Source: Saprospiraceae bacterium (GTDB lineage Bacteria > Bacteroidota > Bacteroidia > Chitinophagales > Saprospiraceae). From it: a stretch of 64,000 nt of DNA. Below the pieces are notes generated by a model, which saw only the letters and a list, made by a program, of their open reading frames with translations, was not told where the DNA came from and searched no databases. Location of the stretch: the NCBI GenBank assembly GCA_043758385.1, contig JAYVNP010000119.1:151-64150 (forward strand), given 5' to 3'. The position numbers and the translations under genes are program-made. Positions 29,331 through 39,887 of this stretch are shown piece after piece; position 1 is the stretch's first letter, and the number at the start of each line of letters is the position of its first letter.

Positions 29331-31808
29331 ATGGTCATAAAGCTAAATATAGTCTTAAATTATTTTTTGATTTTAGGGTGTTTTAATCCTTTATTGGGGA
29401 TTAATCTGAAAAAAAATCCTGTTAGCGCCAATACGCTGTCAGGCATAATTACAAACCATAAAGATAAAACTACACTCATTGGCGCAATAGTTTACATCCA
29501 CGATTTAAAACTTGGTACATCAACCGATGAAAATGGTGTTTATACTTTTACTAACTTACCTAAAGGCACATTTGTTGTAGAGTTTAGTTTTGTTGGATTT
29601 AAGCCTTTGAGTGCTCAAGTAACAATTGACGGCGATACAAAATACAATCTCGTTTTAAGCGAATCTGCTATCGAAGAGTCAGAAGTAGTTGTGACGGGTG
29701 TTTCAAAAGCCACGCAAACGCGTCGAAGTCCGATACCCATTCTTTCTGCTAAGCGCGAATACCTCGAAACACATCTCGAAACCAATATCATTGATGGTAT
29801 TGCTAAATTACCAGGTGTTTCGGCAGTTACCACTGGACCAAACATATCCAAACCATTTATTCGTGGGTTAGGTTACAATCGTATTTTAACGCTATTTGAT
29901 GGCGTTCGACAAGAAGGACAACAATGGGGTGATGAACACGGAATTGAAGTTGACCAATATGGTATTGATCACGTTGAGGTTGTTAAAGGTCCTGCGAGTT
30001 TAAGTTACGGTTCGGATGCTTTAGCAGGGGTAGTAAATCTTATACCTACTCAAACCGCACCCGATGGTCAAATAATTGGTAATTTTTTATCCGAATACCA
30101 TTCTAATAACGGATTAATTGGTACGTCTGTTATGCTCGGTGGCTACAAAAAAGGTTTTGAATGGATGACGCGCCTATCACACAAACAAGCTACGAATTAT
30201 CAAAATTCTGTTGATGGCAAGGTTTACGGAACTGCTTTTAACGAAACCGATGCCAGTGCATCTCTCGGTTTGCATAAAAAATGGGGCTATTCGCACTTAC
30301 AACTTTCATTGTATAATGATGAACAAGAAATTCCTGACGGTAGTCGCGACTCTGCCACGCGAAAATTTACAGTTCAAACGACAGAAATTGATACGTTGCC
30401 GCGCCCAATTGTTTCCGATGCTGCCTTAAAAAGTTATACCATCGCACCAGTGCATCAATTGGTTCAGCATTATCGCGCAGCACTGAATAATAATTTTATA
30501 ATCGGTGATGGACAATTAAATGTGAATGTGAGTGTGCAGCGCAGTGTTCGGCGTGAATATAGTCATCCGGAAAATATTAATTTACCGGGTTTATATCTTC
30601 AACTCAACACTTTTGGTTACGATATAAAGTATGCTTTGCCAGAAAAAAATGCTTGGAATTTTGTTTTAGGATCAAATGGATTCGGACAGACTAACGATGT
30701 TACGGGTGGTACAGATTTTATAATTCCGAGTTATTCTCAGTTCGATGCGGGTGTGTTTGCTTTGGCAAAACGCACTTTCGATAAATTAGATATTGCCGGT
30801 GGTGTGCGCTATGATACGCGTTTTTTTTCAAACGATGCACTTTATACTAAACCTAATAAAATTACAGGATTTTCGGAGTTTACCGCCGATACTTTTGGTA
30901 CGGATAAAATTTATTCGGCACGCTCAACGCGCTTTTCGGGTGTGTCAGGCAGCCTTGGTTTAACTTATAATTTCAGTAAAGAACTTTCGTTAAAATTCAA
31001 CGTCGCACGTGGATATCGCGCGCCAAATGTCTTAGAAATTACGGCGAATGGTGTTCACCCCGGAACAAATGTTTATCAAATTGGAAACCCTAATTTTAAT
31101 CCCGAATTGAGTATTCAAGAAGATTTTGGTATTACCTACGCTTCTTCAACAATCTCTGTTTCGCTCAGTTTGTTCAATAATCATATAGACAATTATATTT
31201 TTAATGAAAAATTAAATTCCCTTTTCGGTGGCGATTCTACAATAGTAGCCGGTAATCAGACATTTAAATTTCAACAAGGCAACGCCAATTTATACGGTGG
31301 GGAATTCACTTTGGATATTCACCCGATACCCGAATTGCATTTTGAAAATAGTTTATCGGTCGTTTATGGAAATAATGCCGGTTCCGTTACCGATAGTACA
31401 CGCTATTTACCGTTTATTCCGCCGTTTCACGGTACTTCTGAATTGAGATATACTACTGCTTTTACACGAGCGCATATTTCAACCGCATTTGTTTACACCG
31501 AAATGCAATACTATGCAACACAGTCTCGCATTTTCAGCGCATACGGTACAGAAACGATAACATCAGGTTATGTTTTAACTAATATTGGTTTGGGTGCCAC
31601 TTTTTTAAATCGAAAAGGTAGTCCTTTGCTAACGCTATCTGTTATTGGCAATAATATATTTGACGTGGCGTATCAAGATCATTTGAGCAGATTAAAATAT
31701 TTTGAACCTTATCCGGACAACACTTCGGGTAGAAGTGGAATCTATAACATGGGTAGAAATTTTGCCCTGAAAGTGAATGTGCCATTGAGTTGGAGTTTAA
31801 AAAGGTAA
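29331..31808 (+). CDS. TonB-dependent receptor with CarboxypepD_reg domain
   Basis: GIITNHKDKTTLIGAIVYI..TSTDENGVY N-terminal domain; plug (DGIAKLPGV, FDGVRQ); barrel. Confidence 0.85.
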   Translation: MVIKLNIVLNYFLILGCFNPLLGINLKKNPVSANTLSGIITNHKDKTTLIGAIVYIHDLKLGTSTDENGVYTFTNLPKGTFVVEFSFVGFKPLSAQVTIDGDTKYNLVLSESAIEESEVVVTGVSKATQTRRSPIPILSAKREYLETHLETNIIDGIAKLPGVSAVTTGPNISKPFIRGLGYNRILTLFDGVRQEGQQWGDEHGIEVDQYGIDHVEVVKGPASLSYGSDALAGVVNLIPTQTAPDGQIIGNFLSEYHSNNGLIGTSVMLGGYKKGFEWMTRLSHKQATNYQNSVDGKVYGTAFNETDASASLGLHKKWGYSHLQLSLYNDEQEIPDGSRDSATRKFTVQTTEIDTLPRPIVSDAALKSYTIAPVHQLVQHYRAALNNNFIIGDGQLNVNVSVQRSVRREYSHPENINLPGLYLQLNTFGYDIKYALPEKNAWNFVLGSNGFGQTNDVTGGTDFIIPSYSQFDAGVFALAKRTFDKLDIAGGVRYDTRFFSNDALYTKPNKITGFSEFTADTFGTDKIYSARSTRFSGVSGSLGLTYNFSKELSLKFNVARGYRAPNVLEITANGVHPGTNVYQIGNPNFNPELSIQEDFGITYASSTISVSLSLFNNHIDNYIFNEKLNSLFGGDSTIVAGNQTFKFQQGNANLYGGEFTLDIHPIPELHFENSLSVVYGNNAGSVTDSTRYLPFIPPFHGTSELRYTTAFTRAHISTAFVYTEMQYYATQSRIFSAYGTETITSGYVLTNIGLGATFLNRKGSPLLTLSVIGNNIFDVAYQDHLSRLKYFEPYPDNTSGRSGIYNMGRNFALKVNVPLSWSLKR

Positions 31809-32150
31809 AATAAAATTGCGCTTCAATAAAAAGTGAAATAAAAAGGTGTAGTTTTTTTATAAAAAGGTAATAAGTTTTTGAATGTTTTAAGTTTGAATTT
31901 TCTCGATGTATCTTAACGTAAAATAGCATTAACATATACTTCACAGTGTAAAGGTTTTCTAATTGAAAGTAAACAATTACGTTTGCACTCATACTTTTAT
32001 AATTTTTAAAAAATTTTATTATAATTTTTAAAATTTGTTAGTATAATAATTTTATGGCATTGAATTTGATACTACAGAAGTGTTACAATAAAACATCAGC
32101 ACTCGTGCTTTAAGATAGTGTTTGTTCATAGTGTTTGTTTTTTGTTTTGT

Positions 32151-32180
32151 CCCTGTCATAAACTGACAGGGTTTTTTTTT
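32151..32180 (+). terminator. Rho-independent terminator with no annotated upstream gene nearby
   Basis: ccctgtca-taaac-tgacaggg followed by a 9-nt T-run; 343 nt after the TonB receptor stop and 27 nt before pdxH. Confidence 0.65.
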
Positions 32181-32206
32181 GTTTAAAATTGAAATATCTT
32201 TACAAC

Positions 32207-32866
32207 ATGAATAACACAATTGCTAATCTTCGCGAAGATTATAAACTCGCAGAACTTACAGAAGACAATATTTTTAACGAACCGATGCAACAGTTCGAAA
32301 AATGGTTTAATGAAACATTGAAATCGGAAATTAAAGAACCCAATGCCATGGTTTTAGCGACGTGCGAAGTGGAAAGTCACGTGCCACATGCACGAGTGGT
32401 TTTATTAAAAGATTTTAGAATGATGGAAGGTTTTGTTTTCTTTTCAAATTATGAATCGAATAAAGGACGAGAACTCGAAGCGAATCCTCAAGCAGCATTG
32501 TGTTTTAATTGGCTCGACTTAGAACGACAAATTAGAATTGAAGGCGTAGTAGAAAAAATTCCTGCGCATCAATCCGATGAATACTTTGCTATGCGCCCTT
32601 ACAAAAGTAAAATTGGTGCTTTAGCTTCGCCGCAAAGTCAATCAGTTCCCAATCGTGATTATTTAGAAGCGCGCGACCAACAATTTAAATCTATTTATCC
32701 CGAAGATGCTGTTGTTCCAAGACCTACGCATTGGGGTGGTTATATTGTAAAACCTTTGCGCATAGAGTTTTGGCAGGGTAGGAGAAGCCGTTTGCATGAT
32801 AGATTGGTTTTTACGCGTACTGATATACATTCAACCGATTGGCAGCGCGCGCGATTAGCACCTTGA
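32207..32866 (+). CDS. pdxH: Pyridoxamine 5'-phosphate oxidase
   Basis: RVVLLK..F.FF.NY.S.K..EL..NP.AAL.F.W..L.RQ.RIEG..EFWQGR..RLHDR motifs. ATG at 32207 preferred over the TTG at 32189. Confidence 0.92.
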   Translation: MNNTIANLREDYKLAELTEDNIFNEPMQQFEKWFNETLKSEIKEPNAMVLATCEVESHVPHARVVLLKDFRMMEGFVFFSNYESNKGRELEANPQAALCFNWLDLERQIRIEGVVEKIPAHQSDEYFAMRPYKSKIGALASPQSQSVPNRDYLEARDQQFKSIYPEDAVVPRPTHWGGYIVKPLRIEFWQGRRSRLHDRLVFTRTDIHSTDWQRARLAP

Positions 32867-32999
32867 GTAAAAGTATTAATTCCAAATCACCGCCGTTTGT
32901 GCTGTCTAAATTAAAACTATAAAAGATTTTATTTCGTTTATGTAGTCTGGAGTTGCTTCTGAAAACAAAAAAGCTGTAAAGACCTCTGCAATCTCCGCG

Positions 33000-33059
33000 A
33001 TTCCTTTGCATCTCTGCATTAAAATTATGTTTAGTTTCAACACAGAGACGCAAAGGAAT
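33000..33059. repeat. Imperfect 17-bp-stem hairpin built from ctctgc/gcagag-type words
   Basis: attcctttgcatctctg (33000-16) versus cagagacgcaaaggaat (33043-59); one mismatch. Confidence 0.7.
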
Positions 33060-33165
33060 TGCCAAGGTGGCAAAGAATGATTAATACTAAGAGCTCAGTT
33101 TTTTATAAGAAATCGAAGATTATTCCTCGAAAACCCCTATTTACAAAATAAAGTTTACCAAAATT

Positions 33166-34167
33166 ATGCACAATATGCCCTTCTTAAAAACGAGTCTCAT
33201 CGTTTACTTTTTTTCTATCACACAAATAATAATAGCTCAAACTGCATCACTCGATTACAGCGATATGAATTTATGGGCAGCACATCCACTAAAAAAAGAT
33301 TTTGCTGATAGCGTGCCGAGACATTCTGATTTAAAAGATTTGCAAGCGCAGTCTGAAGTAGATGTTTTTTTTATTCATCCAACAACTTTTGTAAAAAAAG
33401 TTAATGATAGCATTTGGAATGCGAATATTACAGACGCTGAATTGAATAAAAAAACGGACGAAAGCACTATACTCAATCAAGCAAGTGTTTTTAATGCGGC
33501 AGGTAAAATTTACGCGCCACGCTATCGTCAGGCGCACATAAAAGCGTTTACTGTCCATGACGAAGATACATTAACCGCAAACGCTGCTTTTGATTTAGCT
33601 TACAGCGATATTGCTAACGCGTTTAAATATTATTTATCGCACTACAACAACGGCAGACCGATAATTATTGCATCGCACTCGCAAGGTAGCAAACACGCAC
33701 AAAGGTTGCTGAAAGATTTTTTCTCGAATCAAGCACTTAAAAATAAATTAGTTATAGCGTACATCATCGGTTTTGCTACGCCCAATGATTTATGCGCCGA
33801 TATTCCCGCTTGTACTTCGCCAGAACAAACGGGTTGTATTTGCGCTTGGCGCACTTTCCGAGATGATTATGAACCCACTAAATTTTATCCCAACGAGATT
33901 TGCGTCAATCCGATTAGTTTCAGGACCGATACAGAATTAGCACCGAAAGAGTTACACGGAGGTGCTGTATTATTTGGTTTTAAATTGACTGAGCCACACA
34001 CACAATCGGCACAAATTTATAAAAATATTGTCAGAACCAATAAACCGCATTTTTTGGGCAGCTTTTTATGGAACAAAAAAAACTATCACATCGGCGATAT
34101 AAATTTGTTTTACATGAACGTACGCCAAGATGTCGTTCGTCGTGTGGGTTATTTTTGGAAAAGATAA
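33166..34167 (+). CDS. DUF3089-family alpha/beta-hydrolase-like secreted protein
   Basis: Signal peptide; DVFFIHPT..YAPRYRQA..ASHSQG pattern. Confidence 0.6.
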   Translation: MHNMPFLKTSLIVYFFSITQIIIAQTASLDYSDMNLWAAHPLKKDFADSVPRHSDLKDLQAQSEVDVFFIHPTTFVKKVNDSIWNANITDAELNKKTDESTILNQASVFNAAGKIYAPRYRQAHIKAFTVHDEDTLTANAAFDLAYSDIANAFKYYLSHYNNGRPIIIASHSQGSKHAQRLLKDFFSNQALKNKLVIAYIIGFATPNDLCADIPACTSPEQTGCICAWRTFRDDYEPTKFYPNEICVNPISFRTDTELAPKELHGGAVLFGFKLTEPHTQSAQIYKNIVRTNKPHFLGSFLWNKKNYHIGDINLFYMNVRQDVVRRVGYFWKR

Positions 34168-34353
34168 ACGCTGTTTAAATACTTTTTAAAATTCCTATCC
34201 AGCCTAAATTTAGTCAACAACAAGTTAAAGTTTTAAAAAAATTATTTCAGTAATTGTAATTCAGATATTTTTATAGCGTTAATACAGCGTTACTGTTTTT
34301 CATGCGCGCTAAGGCATACCCAAACCGATTATAATACATTTAAGGCAAGCATC

Positions 34354-37173
34354 ATGGCACTGAGAAATACATTTTTCATTTTTTCATTTTTCATTTTTTC
34401 ATTTCATGCTTTTGCACAACCCGCGAATGATGAATGCGAGAATGCGTATAATATTTCCAATTCTACGGATTTTTGTATGACTCTTAACAACGCTGGTGCA
34501 ACAGCAAGTTCATTTCCTAAACCCAGTTGTTTTTTAAATTCTGGTAAAGATATTTGGTTTGCTTTTACTGCCTTAGGAACACAAGCTCAACTTGATATTG
34601 TCGGAATTAAAGATAAAAATATTAATGCACTAAACGGTGTTGAAGCTGTTTTTTATTATGGAAGTTGCTCAAGTTTTAGTGTACTACCTTGTAAAAGTAC
34701 GAAATCTGGTGCACTTGAACTTGTTGTATCGGGCCTGATATTAGCAGAAAAATATTACATCAGAGTACAAGGTTATAATAACACTGAAGGTGCATTTCAA
34801 TTGTGTTTAAAAAACTTTAACCCACCAACAAGTTTTAATGCCGATTGTATTTCAGGACCAACTTTATGCGATAAATCTTCTTTTGCAGTTCCAAATCTAA
34901 TTGGTGCTGGAAAAGATCCAACAGATTTAAATGACGCGAGTTGTTTAAACAATGGCAGTGGGCAAAATGCAGAAACAAATTCTACTTGGTTTCGATTTAC
35001 GTGCGATTCATCGGGTCCACTCACTTTTACCCTCACTCCGTTTTATGGTGGCGATGGTACGAAAGATAATTTAGGTGATGATATTGATTTTGCCGTTTAC
35101 GAATTACCAAATGGCGTTGATAATTGTACAAAAAAAACTTTATTGCGTTGTGAGGGTGGAGGACCATACGTTGAGCCGGATTCGAGTACTACGTATCAAC
35201 AAGCTCTAAGATGTAAAGGGGCAACAGGATTGCGCGCAGGCGAAACAAATACTGTTGAACCGGGAGGTTGCGCAGGGAGTTTTAATCATACTAATTTTTT
35301 AAAACCAGTGGATATGATAGCTGGTCACTCTTATGCTATCGGAATCAATAGTTTTCAACCCAAGAGTACAGCAGCACAAAGTGGCATTTATGTAGAGTTT
35401 GGTCAATCATTAGGTTCTGGAACATTCGTTGGCCCGAAAGCAAAAATTTCATATAGCGTACCGAGTAAATCAATATGTATTGGCGAAAATATTACTTATA
35501 CTGATGCTTCGAGTTTTGCGAACGGACAAATAGTTGATTGGCAATGGTCATTTGGTAAAGATGCGTCTATTGCGAAAGCATCTGGCAAAGCGCCTAATAC
35601 TATTTATTATAGAACGCCTGGTTGGAAATCAGTGGTGCTAACTGTAACTACTGCGCGGAATTGCGCAATTTCAACAATTCTCGATTCCGTGTATGTAAAA
35701 GGTTTTCAGTACGATTCAACGATTCGGAAACCGACGTGTACGTTAGGTAACGATGGATTAATCAGACTTAAAGTAACGGCTTGCGGCAAAGCACCCATCA
35801 AATACAATTGGGAAAATACGGGTTACACTACGCGCGATTCGCTCGGCGGTATTGGTCGTGGTACTTATCGGGTGGCAGTTACCGATTCGTCGGGCATTTA
35901 TGTTGATACATTGGTTTTTAAATTACAGGAGTTAACGCTTTCGCTCGATACAGCCGTTAATGCTATTCAAAATCCAAGTTGTAACGGATTGACGAACGGA
36001 AAAATTATTGTGAGTCCATCAACAGGTACGCGACCTTACGTTTTCAATTATGGCAAAAATAATACGCTCGATAGCACGCTTGCAGGTTTAGGCGAAGGCA
36101 CATACACCGTTAAAGTTGTTGATGCTAACAATTGCAAAGGTAGTTTTACTTTCGATTTAATGAATCCACCCAAAGTTCAACTCGACATCGACACGTTTAA
36201 TATTTCGTGCTATGGCAAAACCGATGGAGCATCGGTGGCGCATCCGTCAGGTGGTGTGGGTAATTATTCCGTCAGTTGGAGTACAGGAAGTATCGGCGAT
36301 ACGGTGCGGAATTTATCGTCCGGCGCATACAACGTTTTCGTGAACGATGGCAACAAATGCGAAGCGCGACAAAGTTTTACGATTGCAGAGCCACCCCAAT
36401 TATTTCTCGATACGATACGGATAAAACCTGCCAATTGTTTTGGCGATAGCACAGCAGAATTAGTAGTGAAAGGCCGCGGTGGCACGCCACCATTTAAATA
36501 TAGTATTGATGGTTATCAATATAGTATGGATTCTTCTTTTTTGAAAATTCCTGCTAAAAATTATAAAGTTTATGTGCGCGATAGCACAGGTTGCCAAAGC
36601 ACTTTTAATGTTAATGTACCGCAGCCGAATCAGTTACAAGTTAGTGCCGGTGCAGACCAAACGATTGAACTCGGTTTTTCGACAACCATTGCAGCTATTG
36701 TTGTGCCATCAAAAAATCCGGTAAAATATGCTTGGACTCCCGCTGACACGACGCTGCAATGTGCTACGTGCGCAGTCGCCACCGTCACGCCGTATCATAC
36801 AACCGATTACACAATCACGGTGCGCGATTCTCAAAACTGTGTTGCGTTTAATGTTGTAGAAATTCGCGTGTCAAAAAATCGCCCCATTTATATTCCGAAT
36901 TCGTTTTCGCCCAATGGCGATGGTGTGAACGATTATTTTACCGTTTATGGCAATCCAGCATCTGTAATCATAAAAGAGTTTAAAGTTTTTAATCGCTGGG
37001 GAAGTTTAATTTGGGAGACAAACGATATGCCACTCGGTGTTGACCAAAAAGGTTGGGATGGTTTTTTTGGCGGTAAACTCCTTTCGCCCGATGTGTACGC
37101 TTTTTACGTAAAAATTTTATTTTTAGACGGCGAAGAAATTATTTATCGCGGTGATATAACTTTAGTCAGATAA
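34354..37173 (+). CDS. Large secreted adhesin-like protein with PKD domain, SprB-type repeats and T9SS type B (gliding-motility-associated) C-terminal domain
   Basis: PANDECENA N-terminal module; PKD (WQWSFG..); repeated C.G..DG.I....GG..PY.Y; C-terminal IPNSFSPNGDGVNDYF..FNRWG..WDG. Confidence 0.8.
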   Translation: MALRNTFFIFSFFIFSFHAFAQPANDECENAYNISNSTDFCMTLNNAGATASSFPKPSCFLNSGKDIWFAFTALGTQAQLDIVGIKDKNINALNGVEAVFYYGSCSSFSVLPCKSTKSGALELVVSGLILAEKYYIRVQGYNNTEGAFQLCLKNFNPPTSFNADCISGPTLCDKSSFAVPNLIGAGKDPTDLNDASCLNNGSGQNAETNSTWFRFTCDSSGPLTFTLTPFYGGDGTKDNLGDDIDFAVYELPNGVDNCTKKTLLRCEGGGPYVEPDSSTTYQQALRCKGATGLRAGETNTVEPGGCAGSFNHTNFLKPVDMIAGHSYAIGINSFQPKSTAAQSGIYVEFGQSLGSGTFVGPKAKISYSVPSKSICIGENITYTDASSFANGQIVDWQWSFGKDASIAKASGKAPNTIYYRTPGWKSVVLTVTTARNCAISTILDSVYVKGFQYDSTIRKPTCTLGNDGLIRLKVTACGKAPIKYNWENTGYTTRDSLGGIGRGTYRVAVTDSSGIYVDTLVFKLQELTLSLDTAVNAIQNPSCNGLTNGKIIVSPSTGTRPYVFNYGKNNTLDSTLAGLGEGTYTVKVVDANNCKGSFTFDLMNPPKVQLDIDTFNISCYGKTDGASVAHPSGGVGNYSVSWSTGSIGDTVRNLSSGAYNVFVNDGNKCEARQSFTIAEPPQLFLDTIRIKPANCFGDSTAELVVKGRGGTPPFKYSIDGYQYSMDSSFLKIPAKNYKVYVRDSTGCQSTFNVNVPQPNQLQVSAGADQTIELGFSTTIAAIVVPSKNPVKYAWTPADTTLQCATCAVATVTPYHTTDYTITVRDSQNCVAFNVVEIRVSKNRPIYIPNSFSPNGDGVNDYFTVYGNPASVIIKEFKVFNRWGSLIWETNDMPLGVDQKGWDGFFGGKLLSPDVYAFYVKILFLDGEEIIYRGDITLVR

Positions 37174-37266
37174 AATTTAGAACCACAGCTTATAGAAAAT
37201 ATTTTTTTGCTGTCGGCGTTATTGAATGAACGTAAAAATACACGCCTTTATCTTTATCTTTCCCGT

Positions 37267-37758
37267 ATGAAAAAAGTAAATTTTTTTGCATCATTCCTCA
37301 TATCATCTTTATTGTTTTTTACAAATTGCGGGAGTGTAAAATCTGCTGATTCAAATTCTTCTGCAAAAAGTAGTGAAGAGCCGCACGAGTATTCTGCAAT
37401 TAATTTTAATTACACCGCCGATTTAGACGGCGCGATGGTGCGCGCAAAAAAAGAAAACAAACCTATTTTTATTGATTTTTATACAACTTGGTGTGCCCCT
37501 TGCAAACTCATGGATCAAGGAACTTTTAAAGACCAAGATGTTGCAGTTTACTTGAATGATAATTGTGTTACTCTAAAAGTAGATGCCGAAAAAGGAAACG
37601 GTCGAGCATTGCGCGTTCAGTACAATATCGCTGCTTTCCCGACACTTATTTTTATTGACCCAGATGGAAATGTTGTATCGCAAAAAGAAGGCAGTTTGGG
37701 AATAGATGGTTTCAAACAATTTATGAAAGCAGCCGTTTGGAAGTATAAAGGCAACTAA
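37267..37758 (+). CDS. Thioredoxin-fold lipoprotein
   Basis: Signal peptide with FTNC; WCAPCK active site. ATG at 37267 preferred. Confidence 0.75.
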   Translation: MKKVNFFASFLISSLLFFTNCGSVKSADSNSSAKSSEEPHEYSAINFNYTADLDGAMVRAKKENKPIFIDFYTTWCAPCKLMDQGTFKDQDVAVYLNDNCVTLKVDAEKGNGRALRVQYNIAAFPTLIFIDPDGNVVSQKEGSLGIDGFKQFMKAAVWKYKGN

Positions 37759-37875
37759 TCGAAATACAAAAATCAACCCACGAAAAATTCTTTTTCCTTG
37801 TATTTAAAACTAATTCAACTTTGCAAGTGTTTGACTAGCGTCTTTTCTTTTTGTTTATACATAAAAATACTTTTA

Positions 37876-39687
37876 ATGAAAAATTTGTACTTTCTATTAT
37901 TTGCAATGATTTTAGGTTTTAACTTAACTTCGATGCAAGCGCAGCGCAAAGACGCGCGCGTTTTATTTGTAGCGAATTTAGACGGTTCGCAAGAAGTCCC
38001 TGCCGTTAACACAAAAGCAAAAGGTTTAATAACCGTTATGCTGGAAGAAGATGGCAAATTAACTATTAATGGTGTTTTCGATAGTTTATCGAGTGTTGCA
38101 ACGCTTTGTCATTTTCATTTAGGCGATTCAAAAACGGCTGGAAAAGTTATTTACGATTTAACATCGGGAATAAAAAACGGCAATAGCATCTATTTTAAAA
38201 CGCCCACGCGCGTACCTGATAGTTTAATCTCGGGCATTTTAAATGCTGGTGTTTATTTAAACGTGCACACTGCCGCTAATCCGGGCGGCGAAATTCGCGG
38301 TATTCCGATAGTAGAAAGCGATTCGCATTACACAGCATTTTTGAGTGCAGCGAGTGAAGTACCGACAAACGCATCGAAAGGTTTTGGTTTACTTTCTATG
38401 GTGGTTTCAAAAAATTTAATGACCGTTGAGGTGAAAGCTGTTCTGTATGGCTTAACGGGTGCCATTGCAGCTTCACATCTTCATTTCGGTGCAACAGGTG
38501 TAAACGGTTCCGTTAATGTGCCACTCACTTATTCAGGTAATGTAATTTCTGGTACTTACACCGTTACACAACCTTTTATTGATAGTTTATCGGCAGGAAA
38601 AATTTATATGAACGTGCATACTGCTACTTATCCGGGCGGTGAAATTCGCGGACAAGTCACGCCGATTGCAGCTAACACAATCGGTTTTGATGCGCTGTTA
38701 GAAGGAGCAAACGAAATACCTGCTGTAATATCCGATGCAAAAGGTGTTTTAGTGGGTACGTTAAACGCTACACTCGATACGCTTTCGTACTCCGTTTTAT
38801 ATGCAGGCTTAACGCCTCTTTACGGACACATTCACGACGGTACGAAAGATTCAGCAGGTGCTGTAATCAATAATTTTGTCGCCGATGCTAACTATACAAA
38901 TATCTATCGCGGTACTTTTCCGCTGACTTTAGCGCAACGTTTGCGGTTAGTTAAAGGCAGCAATTACGCTAATATCCATTCAAGTGCAAATCCAGGTGGT
39001 GAAATTAGAGGACAGGTTTACTCAAGTATTCGCGAAGGTTTAGTATCAAATTTGTGTGCAGGTCAAGAGCCAACAACGAATACATCAAAAGCGGTTGGTG
39101 CAGCAGCAATTTCAGTTAACCGACTAAAAACAGATCTTTCGGTTAATTTAGTCACTACAGGTTTAACAGGTAATATAATAGTGTCGCATATTCACAAAGG
39201 TGCAATTGGTGTTAACGGCGCGGTATATGTACCGTTTGTAGTCAATTCAAACAACACCGTTAAAGGTGTCTACACGCTCTCAACTCCAGGTGGTGGCGAC
39301 TCGATTATTAACGGACAGACGTACGTGAATGTACATACTGCTGCCAACGGCGGCGGTGAAATTCGCGGTCAGGTGGATAAAGTTTTGAACACAACTTGTT
39401 TAACAACTGGTACTTTTGAGCTTAATGGAAAACAATTTACTGTTACTGTTGCGCCCAATCCATCACAAGATATTGTAAACATTACTTTCGATGCCAATTT
39501 GGATATTGCTACACAATTAACGGTGAGTGATATTGCTGGCAGAACTGTAATTTCTAAAAAGGTAGAAATTTTAAACGGTGTTAATCAAATTGGATTAAAA
39601 GTTTCTGATTTAGTGAACGGTATTTATTTCATTCAACTCAAGAACAATAATGAAATACTATTTACCGAAAAATTAATTAAGAACTAA
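37876..39687 (+). CDS. Secreted protein with four CHRD domains and a T9SS type A C-terminal domain
   Basis: NVHT..NPGGEIRG signature occurs four times; C-terminal VAPNPSQD..NGIYFIQLK sorting domain. ATG at 37876 preferred. Confidence 0.8.
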   Translation: MKNLYFLLFAMILGFNLTSMQAQRKDARVLFVANLDGSQEVPAVNTKAKGLITVMLEEDGKLTINGVFDSLSSVATLCHFHLGDSKTAGKVIYDLTSGIKNGNSIYFKTPTRVPDSLISGILNAGVYLNVHTAANPGGEIRGIPIVESDSHYTAFLSAASEVPTNASKGFGLLSMVVSKNLMTVEVKAVLYGLTGAIAASHLHFGATGVNGSVNVPLTYSGNVISGTYTVTQPFIDSLSAGKIYMNVHTATYPGGEIRGQVTPIAANTIGFDALLEGANEIPAVISDAKGVLVGTLNATLDTLSYSVLYAGLTPLYGHIHDGTKDSAGAVINNFVADANYTNIYRGTFPLTLAQRLRLVKGSNYANIHSSANPGGEIRGQVYSSIREGLVSNLCAGQEPTTNTSKAVGAAAISVNRLKTDLSVNLVTTGLTGNIIVSHIHKGAIGVNGAVYVPFVVNSNNTVKGVYTLSTPGGGDSIINGQTYVNVHTAANGGGEIRGQVDKVLNTTCLTTGTFELNGKQFTVTVAPNPSQDIVNITFDANLDIATQLTVSDIAGRTVISKKVEILNGVNQIGLKVSDLVNGIYFIQLKNNNEILFTEKLIKN

Positions 39688-39731
39688 GCAATCGCAATTT
39701 CGAAAAATAAGTTTAAATAAGTTCGGCATTA

Positions 39732-39768
39732 AACGGCGTAGATTTTTAAAAATCTACGCCGTTTTTTG
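39732..39768 (+). terminator. Rho-independent terminator
   Basis: aacggcgtagattttt / aaaaatctacgccgtt perfect 16-bp stem followed by a T-run. Confidence 0.8.
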
Positions 39769-39887
39769 TTTTGATTTTCGTTTTGGTATTAATTCAGACA
39801 TGAAACATCCTGAACATTCCCATTTTTCAAATGCGCGTTGTTTCATTTTTTTTTGCAACCCACAACTGTTTCAGCCGTATTTAAGTC

